From Sporopachydermia quercuum (taxonomy: Eukaryota): a DNA stretch of 58,518 nucleotides. The notes below the pieces were generated by a model. It was given only the letters and a program-made list of their open reading frames with translations. It did no database searches and was not told where the DNA came from. A program made the position numbers and the translations under genes. Below are positions 21,764 to 32,610 of the stretch, piece by piece (within the stretch, counting starts at the first letter, position 1; each line of letters begins with the position of its first letter). The stretch lies in the NCBI GenBank assembly GCA_001599295.1, contig BCGN01000004.1:1182138-1240655 (forward strand), written 5' to 3'.

Positions 21764-22971
21764 TTGGGCTTTATATATAACTACCAGCGTCTAAAGAATT
21801 ACATGGAGTGTTCATTAGCGAAAAGAGACAACAATTATATCCACTAGATATGGTATACGATGTGACCTGCTATGAAACCAGCACAGCATTTGGTATACCA
21901 CAGAGCTCTCTAGGGATCTAGTGGCTTCCGCCGTGAGCCTGGATCAGTACTTTCAATGTGGACTGTTAGTTTACTGGACAGAACCAAAAGGGCCAATTGA
22001 CATCACTGAATAGTAGTTGTTGAGATATGATTATTCAGTCATCTTCATGCTTCCCATTTACTCCCCTTAATCAACTGCTTGATCGTTTTTGAGTCAACCA
22101 CTATCGAGTAGTATTAATATGCAACTATATGCATAGCCATGCAAAAGTTAAACGTTAATAAATCCGACACAAGTTTTGGTAACCGGTCCGTTTTCTCTAA
22201 CTGAGGGTTAGCGGATATGCCACAGACTAAATTAAANAATTATGTGATCTAATAATATCGGGCTTTTCTATCTATCTGTAAGTTAGCCGTTCATTTATTT
22301 ACCGAACGGGTTTACCAGTGATTGACTTCAAATTCAACTGATTGCTATATAATAATTGTAAATTAGCAGTAATTTCATTTCATTTGCAGGTTTAATGTAT
22401 TCAGTGATTGTTTTGTATCTTTTACTCCCCTTCCTCAACGTGACTAGCTATATACTTCCAACCAACCATCGCCCTCCCGTTTATATAATCACCGAATATC
22501 GCTGGTTTTATTAACCCAGCCACAACATTTTGGATTACATAATCCAAATGGCAAGTGTTTATCTGTAGCTGGGGAAACGCACAACTTTGGAAATGTCAAG
22601 GAGGCCAACCCGTGTTAAGAGACAAAAGACAAGACTATCGATAAAGATATAGCAGGCTGCTTGAGATTATAACTGACATGCTAGAACTAGTAATGAGATA
22701 AAAATATTCAATTCAGACGCTCTATTTACTTAATTTCACAGGAAACCCTTAAACTTTCAGCAATACGGATCATAAGGTGACCGGTAGTTGCAATTCCAAC
22801 ATTGTGAACGAAGAAAAATCGCGAACTGCATCGAAAAGCGTTACACTTTGTGGATGTGGTAATTGACACTACAATTCATACAATTCTTTCTTCCGATAAG
22901 CTTTTCTGAATCTTTTCTGAATCGTATGATACAGTTTGATAGTGAGAATAATTAAAGGAAATTGTGCTAAA

Positions 22972-25755
22972 ATGACAAATGAAGAGATTGAAACAGAGAA
23001 AGAAGCATCTGATTTACCATCCGGTTTACCTAGGTTTCCCGCGTCCTTGAACGTTAACGCTTTGGTAACAGAGAATTCTTCCTCGTCTCTTATAACAGAA
23101 TTGAGTAAGCATATATACTTGTTGGGATAAATTCGTTGCATGACGTGTCCATTGCACTGAGTCGCGAAGCGCTTTTATTAAACCTATTTTTACTAACTAC
23201 ATCCATCTGTTCCATTAGATCAAACATATGAACAACTTCAAATCAAATCTGATGAATTATCAACGACAAATTCCAATTCCATAGCATCTACGACAAATTC
23301 GTTAGATGATCCGATAAAATTTCGTCAGGTATCATCTACTGATTCCATCTCTGGGTCTGAATCCTTATCGCTTTATTCGGACGTTGATACTGAAGCAAAG
23401 ATAGAAACCTCTGCAAAGCCAGAAGCAGAAGTAGCTACTGGCTTTGTTACAGTTTCTACTGAAAGTGAATCTGCTGTTGAATCTGAGGGTGAACCTGGTA
23501 TTATCGAAGATACCTCAAAACTTAGAGAAAGCGAATTACCTGAAGAAGAGGAGGACGAAAACACGCTTTTGGATCAATACACTTGCACATCTGCTCAAAG
23601 TGGGGCAGATTCTACCAGTACAAGCGGTACATCACCCAACCAATCAAGATTAACTGAATCACCCGTTGTGCCTCGGCTTAGAGAAAGTCCAATTGTGAGT
23701 AAGAACTCAACGGGTTCAGGAGGATCTCTTGGAGCAGGTATCCAGTTGTCATCTACATCACCGGTATCAACCTCTCGACGGCAAATATCTGATTCCTCAA
23801 CCGTTTCCAACGGTTCCCAGAGCCAAGGGCCTCTAACAAGACGGAAAAGCAGCAGAAGTACAGTGAAAGGCGCTTTTGCCAAGGTAGTGAAAGGAATGAG
23901 AGGAAATAGTTCAAGTTCTGGTAGTGGCTCTGGTTTCAATTCTCCCGGGAAATCAAACGGTAGCAATTTGAAGATATCAAGTCCTTATAACTCTCATGTT
24001 GTGTACCATGTAGCTTATGATAAAGAGACTGGTGGTTATACCGGATTGCCTCCGGAGTGGGTGAAACTGTTGCAGGAGTCTGGAGTTTCTTCTACAGATC
24101 AATCGCGAAATCCTGAAGCGGCACGTAAAGTGTATGAATTCATGCAAGCAGAACAAGGGAGAAATCGCGACGAAGACATTTGGGAGAAACTGAAAGAAGT
24201 GCATCCAAATAGGCAACCGTCAGATTTCATACAGAGCTCTTCTGGTATTGATGATGACACATCGGGATCATCCGCTGGTTCGGCTTCTGATCCGTCACTA
24301 GGGAGAAACTCGGATCAATATAAGACACCAAAAGATCAAACAATAGAATCATTCCCTATAATGTCACCAGAGACTCCTCAAAAGACACCGAGTTCAGCAA
24401 CAATGCCTCGTATTCGTCCTGGGAATAAACTGGAAAGGAAGTTCATTCCTACAAGGCCTGCGCCTAAACCCCCAGGGAAATCAAAGAGTTCAACTCCTAT
24501 GCTAAAACAAGCCCCTACGACTCCTGGTGCTGTTGGACTATCNTCACCTGTAGGCCATGGAAGCTCCGATACACCAAATACCAATACGAAATCATCACCA
24601 ACACCTGCTTCTCCTTCAAGGCTACCTCCACGATCACCTGTTCCTAAAGCACCTGTGAGAACATCTCCAAAAATACTTTTCGATCAAGAAAACCAATACC
24701 AACTCAAGAATCCTAAGGCTTTTATCAATAACAATCATCATCGTGATGAAGATAAACCACCACCGGTGCCTTCAAAATCACCTACCACTCGACCTTCTGA
24801 TGCCCCACAGCAGCTCCGACTGAAAGCTGCAAGAAGAAAAGAAGAAATGCGAAAACGGGACACCCAAGTATATGCCAGACTAATGATGATCTGTACACCC
24901 GGAGATCCTACTAAACTGTATAAAAATCTGCAATTGGTAGGACAAGGTGCATCTGGTGGTGTTTATATAGCAAACACGATCGATAGTAATAATGCAGTTG
25001 CAATCAAACAGATGAGTTTGGAAACACAGCCTAAAAAGGAGTTGATTATTAATGAGATTCTAGTAATGAAGGAATCCCATCACCCAAATATTGTGAATTT
25101 CATTGATTCATACTTCCATAAAGGTGATTTATGGGTAGTGATGGAATACATGGAAGGTGGTAGTCTTACAGATGTTGTTACCCATAATGTGATGACAGAA
25201 GGTCAAATAGGTGCTGTTTGCAGAGAAACATTAAACGGTTTACAGTTTTTACACTCTAAAGGTGTGATTCATAGAGATATTAAGTCAGATAATGTGTTAT
25301 TGTCTATGCAAGGTGATATCAAACTAACAGATTTTGGTTTCTGTGCTAGGATCAATGAATCAAACTCGAAACGAACAACTATAGTTGGTACACCTTATTG
25401 GATGGCACCAGAAGTAGTCAAAAAGGAAGAATATGGACCTAAAGTCGATATTTGGTCATTAGGAATTATGACCATTGAAATGATTGAAGGAGAACCACCA
25501 TATTTGAATGAGACACCAGCTAGAGCATTATTTTTGATCTCTGATAATGGGACACCCAAGTTGAAGGAACCAGAATTACTTAGTGAAGTGTTCAAGGACT
25601 TCTTAGGTTGGGCATTAGAAGTTGACACGAATAAAAGAGCAACTGCAGCAGAACTACTTAACCATCCATTTATTGCAACAGCAGATAAATGTTCAGCTCT
25701 GGCGCCATTAGTCGAATTCGCACGCTTAAAGAGAAATAGACATGGAGCTGAGTGA
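22972..25755 (+). CDS. STE20: PAK kinase Ste20, 2 exons: 22972-23104, 23219-25755
   Basis: [13 protein letters not shown]-terminal block, CRIB, kinase domain ([28 protein letters not shown]) and C-terminal G-beta-binding SALAPLV. Intron 23105-23218 has GTAAGC, TACTAAC and TAG. Confidence 0.96.
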
Positions 25756-26282
25756 ATACTAGATGAAGGAAATGAGAAAGAGGATGAGAACAAAAAATTG
25801 TGGAAATCTCAGATATGGGTTAACTAGTGAAATAAATCGAAAATAGAAAAGTAAAGTCCAAAGAAATCAGTGGATAGTTAGATAGGAAGCATTGGTGATT
25901 TTTTTACTTATAAGTAAGTGAACGTAAATGACAAAATAAACAGTTTGAGGAATCAAAAAGTCAGCCTTTCTTCTCTTTATTTTCTTTTTCTGTCCTTTTT
26001 GTTCTTTCTTTCTACTACTTAGTCGTCGTGTCACTATATTAATAATAGGTAATGCATTATAATAAACCAAATATAACAAGAGTCATAAATCATCTCATTA
26101 AAGCGGTCTAGACGTTATGTTAACTATTAAAATATCTTTATATGCTCAGTTTCCATTGGCTTCAGATGCAATAACGACAACATCTAAATTATAGGCTAGA
26201 AAAACAAATATAATACAAAAAATTATACAACGGTCAAAGATAGAAGCTTTTGAAATTCTGACTATCATATTACCTCTAATCT

Positions 26283-27953
26283 TTAATCCTCTAAAATGAC
26301 AAATTTCGTTTGAACAAAAAACAGTCGAACATCACTTTTACCAACGTTTTGAAACATGTAGTAATTCCCCATTGGTACTTCAAACGAACTCCCCGTCCGT
26401 GCTATGAAACTAGTTTCACTTAAATTTACTTTAACATTACCACTAACAACGTAAAATATGAAGTAAGTATCGTTAGAAGCTTTTACAGGCTTTGAGCCTC
26501 CAATTGGCATAAATATCTCTCCGGATGCACAGAATTCTTTATTACGATCATAAAGAATAGCCAATTTGAAATCAGATCCTTTCACATCCTTAAACTGCAC
26601 ATATTCATCTTTCCATGCTACAGTTCTTGGCTTCTTTTCTTCAAAGTCTGGATAATCAAACACATCTGCAGATAAGGAGCCTTGTTGTTCCCATTCCAAC
26701 TCCTCGGGTTCAAATAAACTGGGATCCAATTCATCTTCTTTCTTCTTAGATCGTTTGGAAATATGCCCATTATCAACGTCTTCATCTTCGCTGTTTAATG
26801 GTTCTGAATTATCAAGAACTGTCATCTTCTTCCGTTTACTTGTCTTGCTAGTAGGAGTCCTTGAACGAGATTTTTGGTTAGCGCTGTGGGTTGAATTTGT
26901 TCTCCGTTTAGTTGTAGCGGATTTTGGAGTATCCACTTTCACGATAGTTTTTATCTGAGGCAAGGCAACAGTGTTTTCTCCTGAAGCATGATCCAAATTA
27001 TATATAATACGTTCGTTTCTCCAGAATGCTAATGGTGCAACTCGTGTCCGCTTGGATCTTCTCACGTGAGTTGAAGATTCTTCACTGTCTGTATCGTTGA
27101 GAGTACCTTTCAGTAATGGATCAATGTTCTGCAATTGTTGGGAGTGTTTACTGATCTGCCTATTTGTTTTCTTTCTTGGTGATTGTTTGTTTTGAGACGT
27201 CTTTTTAGGAGATTCTTTCTTTGACGATATGTGATATGAACCTTTCCGAGGTTTTCGTGCTGGTTCTTCATTTTCACCTTCCCCTTCCTCTTCTTCTTCT
27301 TCTTCCGATTCACCTACCTCTGAATCATCAGGGTGTAGACGAGGATTGCGCGACATACGTGGTGAAGACTTGGTAAATGTTCGTCTTTCCAGCACAGACT
27401 TTTTTCGTAGCGATGAACGCTGCTTAGATCCCTTTGAAAATGATTGCGAAGGCTCAGCTTCAGACTCGGAATCTGAAAACGAATGTGCATCTTGTGGCGC
27501 AGATAGATTATCTTCTTCTGCAGTTTCAAAATCACTATTTTCATTACCATGACTCTCTTGATCTTCGTCCTCCTGGTCTTCCATTTCAAAATCGCGCATA
27601 CTGTTACGATCCCTAGTAAAGGTGTCTTCGTTCTCTATTGGTTCATCGTCTGATATATCAAAAATGCTTTTAGAATTTGGCCTTGAGTTTCTAGACTTAC
27701 CGCTACCACCGAAATTCAATCTTCTGGCTACAGAATCTGGTGTTTTGGTTTTCCCGGTTGATGATGAAGTTGATGATAAACGAGTGGATTTTCTTGTGGA
27801 GCTTCCTCTTTTCCTTGAAGTCCCTTTTGAAGAGCTGGCTGGTGAATCAAAGTAAGCATCCATTGATTCCATACCATATTCATCTCTCTTGCCTGTATCT
27901 TGTACACGAAGGCCTGTTTTACGGGCCTTTACCCCAATGTTTACGACATCCAT
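26283..27953 (-). CDS. MIF2: Inner kinetochore protein Mif2/CENP-C
   Basis: N-terminal MDVVNIGVKARKTG...DEYGMESMDAYF, CENP-C motif RRSKRTRVAPLAFWRNERIIY and C-terminal cupin (FEVPMGNYYMFQN). Confidence 0.96.
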   Translation of the reverse strand: MDVVNIGVKARKTGLRVQDTGKRDEYGMESMDAYFDSPASSSKGTSRKRGSSTRKSTRLSSTSSSTGKTKTPDSVARRLNFGGSGKSRNSRPNSKSIFDISDDEPIENEDTFTRDRNSMRDFEMEDQEDEDQESHGNENSDFETAEEDNLSAPQDAHSFSDSESEAEPSQSFSKGSKQRSSLRKKSVLERRTFTKSSPRMSRNPRLHPDDSEVGESEEEEEEEGEGENEEPARKPRKGSYHISSKKESPKKTSQNKQSPRKKTNRQISKHSQQLQNIDPLLKGTLNDTDSEESSTHVRRSKRTRVAPLAFWRNERIIYNLDHASGENTVALPQIKTIVKVDTPKSATTKRRTNSTHSANQKSRSRTPTSKTSKRKKMTVLDNSEPLNSEDEDVDNGHISKRSKKKEDELDPSLFEPEELEWEQQGSLSADVFDYPDFEEKKPRTVAWKDEYVQFKDVKGSDFKLAILYDRNKEFCASGEIFMPIGGSKPVKASNDTYFIFYVVSGNVKVNLSETSFIARTGSSFEVPMGNYYMFQNVGKSDVRLFFVQTKFVILED

Positions 27954-28226
27954 AGTAACATTATTTGTAATATGCTGAACCAATGAAAAACAATAAATAC
28001 TAAAACTACAAACTCATTGAAAGCCTTGCAATTCCGACTCAATATTTCTCTGTTTTGTTTACTTCTATGACAATTGGCGGGCATTTATAATATTATTATA
28101 CACTACATTTACATATCTATGTACAAATCTACATATTAACCTCTACTAGACTATACAACCTCTCTTCGCGTGTAGCTGAGGTCTCAAAACAATAACTAAC
28201 AAAGAATTACATTACATACTGCGTTT

Positions 28227-28232
28227 ACGCGT
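28227..28232. promoter_or_regulatory. MCB element ACGCGT upstream of MIF2
   Basis: Exact MluI box about 275 bp upstream of the ATG, with a second CGCG core near 28167. Fits G1/S expression. Confidence 0.4.
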
Positions 28233-28512
28233 TTGTATATGATTAGCGAAAAACACCCTGACACCATCAAAAAAAGCTTGGGTAACACCCCTGTTGACCT
28301 AGATTGAGTTGAGACTCTATATTAGAGATTTGGGGTGGTTCTGGTGATCAGGCAGATGTGAGACCCAATGCCTCATCTCAGAAATTACTAGTTGGCAGAA
28401 AAGACTATAGTGTCAGTATGTATAGAAACCGCACGGAGAGGAAGGAGGAAGAGTCAATTGATAGGAATAAAATACTGAATTTGAGTATCTGATAGCATAG
28501 ACTGGTCTTGCT

Positions 28513-30036
28513 TCAAAAATCCAACTTCCCTGTAACAAATAAGGATCCACCGTTGTTAGTTTCATAGTATTTGTACCTGTTTGATTTCAAGTAGGATATA
28601 ACCATTGGTTTGATTTTGGCTTTCTTGTTCTGGCTGTGAATTCCAACTCCCGTAATTAGTTGAAGCGATTGTATAGGTGTTTTCTCATTGAAAACAATCA
28701 TTTGCTTTTGAGACTCCCACCAGCGGGGAACAACTCTCTGAATGATGATTTTAGCATCTTGAATGATCATTCTATGCATATCCAGTGTCTTGTTAGCTAA
28801 TGCATCCGACACAATGGTATCAATTTGCCGAGAAATGTAAATTTCGTTAACATTTTGAACTGAAGAAGAAGATACCCTTTTCAGGCTNTTCAGGACATTT
28901 CTATATTTACCAGGAACTTTTGTTTGATCAACATCTCGGGTATAATTATAAAGCTTTCTTGCCATAACTCCTGCTTGATATTTTTCTCGGGGTGTCAACT
29001 TTGAATCATTAAGTGAAAAGGGACTATAAGAAGATACAGATCTTTCTGATTTTGATGTTGAAGCTGTTTTCCCCTTTTTCACTGGTTTAAAAGGTTCTTG
29101 ATGTGCTGTGATATTATCTCCTTGGATGAAAGGCCTCCAAAATGTTTCTCCGATACATTTCTCTTCTATGATAATTTGTAGTAATGCATATAAGGATTCT
29201 GGATCAAAGAAACTGAAAACATAAGCTTTAACCAGAAATATGTAGGATATCTTTTGAAGATTATGATCATTTTCACAAAGAACTTCAAGAGAGATATCAT
29301 TTACTGATGTTTTGACCTTGTGTTTATAAAAAGCCATAACTTGTTTCTCGTAATTGTCATAGCTTTTTTGACTAGAGAATCTTTCCTTGCAGTCTTCCCA
29401 ATATTTGACACATCGTTGTGGAAATAAGATGGCATAGGTTATTATCCGAATAACAGTCAAGGCAGGACTTCTTTTTGACTCAAAATAATACGATAAAATT
29501 ATATCAACACTAAGCCCAGTGCACATGCTAACTCTTTCGCAATCAGCTCGTAATTTAACATCTTGTTCTTCGTCTCCAACAATCGTTTCCAAATGTTCAT
29601 AACTCAACAACTCATCTGTTATAACATTGAGGTCACAGTTGTGTTCTTTAATAACTCTGAGCAATGTAATCTCAGGAATCATTGAGAATGTTTCTTTTAG
29701 CATCTGAAACAAGTCTTGTTCAGTTGCATTTGATGGTTGTAAAGAATCAGAAATGGTATCTGAAGATCCAGAGAAATCCTTATCTGATAGGTGGCCTTCT
29801 GATTCATCTTGTTCATCCTTCGCTTCATTTTCGTCATGAACTTCCAAATCAAGCATTCCAACTAATCGTTTAACAATCAGTTCCATTTCCTCGCCAGAAT
29901 CAAAATCATCCCAAATGCCAATCTCTGACAGTAGTTTCAAAAGAAACTCAGTATGCTGTTCCCCAACTTCTTCTACAATTGAATGTATCAAGTCTCTTGA
30001 TACCTGAGGATACTTCTCTGGCAATGTCTTCTCCAT
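28513..30036 (-). CDS. CUE2: CUE- and SMR-domain endonuclease Cue2 (no-go decay)
   Basis: CUE-like repeats (LKETFSMIP...DLNVITDELLS) and C-terminal SMR (LDMH...LITGVGIHS...KIKPMVISYL). Directly upstream of MIF2, as YKL090W is of YKL089W. Confidence 0.85.
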   Translation of the reverse strand: MEKTLPEKYPQVSRDLIHSIVEEVGEQHTEFLLKLLSEIGIWDDFDSGEEMELIVKRLVGMLDLEVHDENEAKDEQDESEGHLSDKDFSGSSDTISDSLQPSNATEQDLFQMLKETFSMIPEITLLRVIKEHNCDLNVITDELLSYEHLETIVGDEEQDVKLRADCERVSMCTGLSVDIILSYYFESKRSPALTVIRIITYAILFPQRCVKYWEDCKERFSSQKSYDNYEKQVMAFYKHKVKTSVNDISLEVLCENDHNLQKISYIFLVKAYVFSFFDPESLYALLQIIIEEKCIGETFWRPFIQGDNITAHQEPFKPVKKGKTASTSKSERSVSSYSPFSLNDSKLTPREKYQAGVMARKLYNYTRDVDQTKVPGKYRNVLXSLKRVSSSSVQNVNEIYISRQIDTIVSDALANKTLDMHRMIIQDAKIIIQRVVPRWWESQKQMIVFNEKTPIQSLQLITGVGIHSQNKKAKIKPMVISYLKSNRYKYYETNNGGSLFVTGKLDF

Positions 30037-30852
30037 CTTAAAAACAAAACGCTTGCTGCTTCTCAAAAAAAATTTGGCTAATCTATTTCATTTTGTTTGC
30101 CCGATGTCTATTAATTACTCTATCTTCATTCATCTATCTTCAAGTATTAGATGCAGAACAAAGTTGGTCATGAGCAGTAAGAGTGACCTTTCAAGTGTGT
30201 GATACTCAATGGCCCCCGTTCATCAAAATTCTTATCTAAAAGAACAACAAGCAAAAAANAAAAAACTTAATTTCTTCCTGAATTGCTTAGCAAAAGAAAG
30301 GTACAATAAATAAAGAATGAACAAAAAAACACTCTGTCGATTTTCTTATCTATGTTACGAAGAAACTGTTATGCTATTATGGGGACTCAGATATCGAGAA
30401 ACTGGTATATCTGATATGAGACGCTATGATTACGTGATATAGAAACTCTTCTTTTTGGGCATGGGAATTAACATGGGTTGATATACTTACCATGAAAGAA
30501 TATATAGTCGAAGTAAGTCAAGCTCATGTTGAGGGAAAGACTGGCATATCTACTAATGAAATTGGCAGGAGATAATTTTTCATCTATTTGAAGTATTTGA
30601 ATCATCTGGTAACAGAATTAAGAAGTGACTGCACATCTTATATTCTTATAGTTGAACCATGGGAAAGTTAGTATAGGACTATAAAAATGAAATGACGTAA
30701 ATACGATAATGAATAAAGTACAGGAATAAACTAATACCGTATGAGAAACACACGATGGTAAGAGTGATTAACTAGTTTTTATTTTGAAATGCATCATGGA
30801 AATATCTTTCAATGCATTGTACTTAGTTGTTTGAGATCATAGACCCTAAGAT

Positions 30853-32610
30853 TCATAGAGGTACATCCTTGCCAGCAGCTATGCTGCCAATAAGATATAA
30901 GTTCAAAAACGAAATTATACCCCAAACAGACCAGCCAATAATAGAAACCAATTTCCCATTTTTGAAATCGACATATTCCGGTTGCTCCTCATTCTCTTCT
31001 TCACCATTAGAATTCACTGACACCGCTCTCGATGATACTATGGAGCTTGCGTAATCACGTCTAGAACCATCATGGAACACTGATACTCTCATTATTTCTT
31101 CGCACCCAGTAAAATAAACTAATGGTGCTGATAAAGCGGGCAACATTAATGATAAGACAACTTGCGAGCCATTGAGAATTTGAGATATACCTTTCCTTCC
31201 AGTTAAAATTACCACTATTAAGCAAGGTATAATTGAAATCACTCTTGTCACTAATCTTCTAATCCATGGTGGTAACGACCATTTCAAAAATCCTTCTGAT
31301 ACCATTTGACCAGAGAGTGTACATACAATTCCAGCAGATTGCCCAGAAAATAATAATGCCAGTGCGAACACTGTCCCCGCAAACTGTCCCAAATATTTTC
31401 GAAGCATTTCATAGATGGAATATAAGTCAGCGTTCTCCGCTTCTTTTGAACCACTCAAAGTTGAACCAGCAACAATTAAAATTGAACAGTTAACAAACAT
31501 AGCAACTGTAAACAGAGAGACGATCAGCTCGGCAATTGAATATGTCATTGCATACTTCAACGCCCCTATTGTAGGTTTGTATTTAAGATCTAATTCATCA
31601 ATATTTTCGTAATCATCTAGATTTGCCGTCAACTCAGATGAATATAATCCATGGTCGACATCATATTCAAGCAACCTTGGTTGAACTAACCCTGATCCAA
31701 GATATAAAGAATGAGGCATCACTGTAGCTCCGAGAATTGCAAGTGACATATATAGCCCTTTAGATTCAGTAAGCTCTTTGCTGGGTAGGAAGCCCCGCCA
31801 TAAATCTGCCGGATTGGATATATCAACCTTGAACAACTCAATTCCAAAACATATCATTGTGAGAAATACAAATATAGAAACAAGGATTTCAAACAATCTA
31901 ACAACCTTCATCGTACCATCTGGTCTATACGCCATTAATACTATCAAAACATCTACCACAGTCAAGCATACACCATACACCAAAGGTATTCCAAATAGAA
32001 TGTCCAATGAGATTGCAGTTCCAACAACTTCCGCTAGATCAGTAGCAACGATAGCAAGTTCCGCTAGAACGTATAATGTGATACTTAGCCATTTTGGAAA
32101 ATGCCTTCTACAATTCTCTGCCAAATCAAGCCCGGTGACAGATCCAAGTTTAATACATAATGCTTGAAGAACAACTGCAAATATGTTTGATAAAAAGATT
32201 GCAAAAAGTAGTTTATATTCATACGCTGCCCCAGCCGCGACAGATGTAGCATAATTACCTGGATCCATATAAGCAACTGACACCATTATTCCTGGTCCCA
32301 CAAATCTTATATATTTTCGAAACATGTTTATTATTTTCCAACTCCATATTTTATAAGATTTCTTTGTCGCTAAACGTCTGTTAACCTTTTTACCTTGAAA
32401 CGAGCTAGGAACTTTGGGTACACCTGTAATAGCATTCTCGTTTGTTCTATGGAAGTGAAACTCTTCCAAAACATTTGTATTGCTGCTATATTCTGGTATA
32501 CGACCAGTAGCTGCTATCAGCCCTTCTCGCTCCCTTTCATCTCGTGTTGGAGATACGGTTGGAAGCCTCTGATTAGAAGAATTCAATTCGCCAGATCTTC
32601 CAGGTACCAT
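30853..32610 (-). CDS. SMF2: NRAMP divalent metal (Mn/Fe) transporter, Smf2-like
   Basis: AYMDPGN, ATDLAEVVGTAI, ILGATVMPHSLYL and CTLSGQMVSEGF motifs. C-terminus GKDVPL. Family is certain; the paralog assignment is less so. Confidence 0.8.
   Translation of the reverse strand: MVPGRSGELNSSNQRLPTVSPTRDEREREGLIAATGRIPEYSSNTNVLEEFHFHRTNENAITGVPKVPSSFQGKKVNRRLATKKSYKIWSWKIINMFRKYIRFVGPGIMVSVAYMDPGNYATSVAAGAAYEYKLLFAIFLSNIFAVVLQALCIKLGSVTGLDLAENCRRHFPKWLSITLYVLAELAIVATDLAEVVGTAISLDILFGIPLVYGVCLTVVDVLIVLMAYRPDGTMKVVRLFEILVSIFVFLTMICFGIELFKVDISNPADLWRGFLPSKELTESKGLYMSLAILGATVMPHSLYLGSGLVQPRLLEYDVDHGLYSSELTANLDDYENIDELDLKYKPTIGALKYAMTYSIAELIVSLFTVAMFVNCSILIVAGSTLSGSKEAENADLYSIYEMLRKYLGQFAGTVFALALLFSGQSAGIVCTLSGQMVSEGFLKWSLPPWIRRLVTRVISIIPCLIVVILTGRKGISQILNGSQVVLSLMLPALSAPLVYFTGCEEIMRVSVFHDGSRRDYASSIVSSRAVSVNSNGEEENEEQPEYVDFKNGKLVSIIGWSVWGIISFLNLYLIGSIAAGKDVPL

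Noticed and set aside
30483..30493. ATACTTACCAT: U1-like start on +, or ATG|GTAAGT donor on - upstream of CUE2
   Set aside because: No U1 structure follows, and there is no branchpoint/acceptor pair near the CUE2 start.
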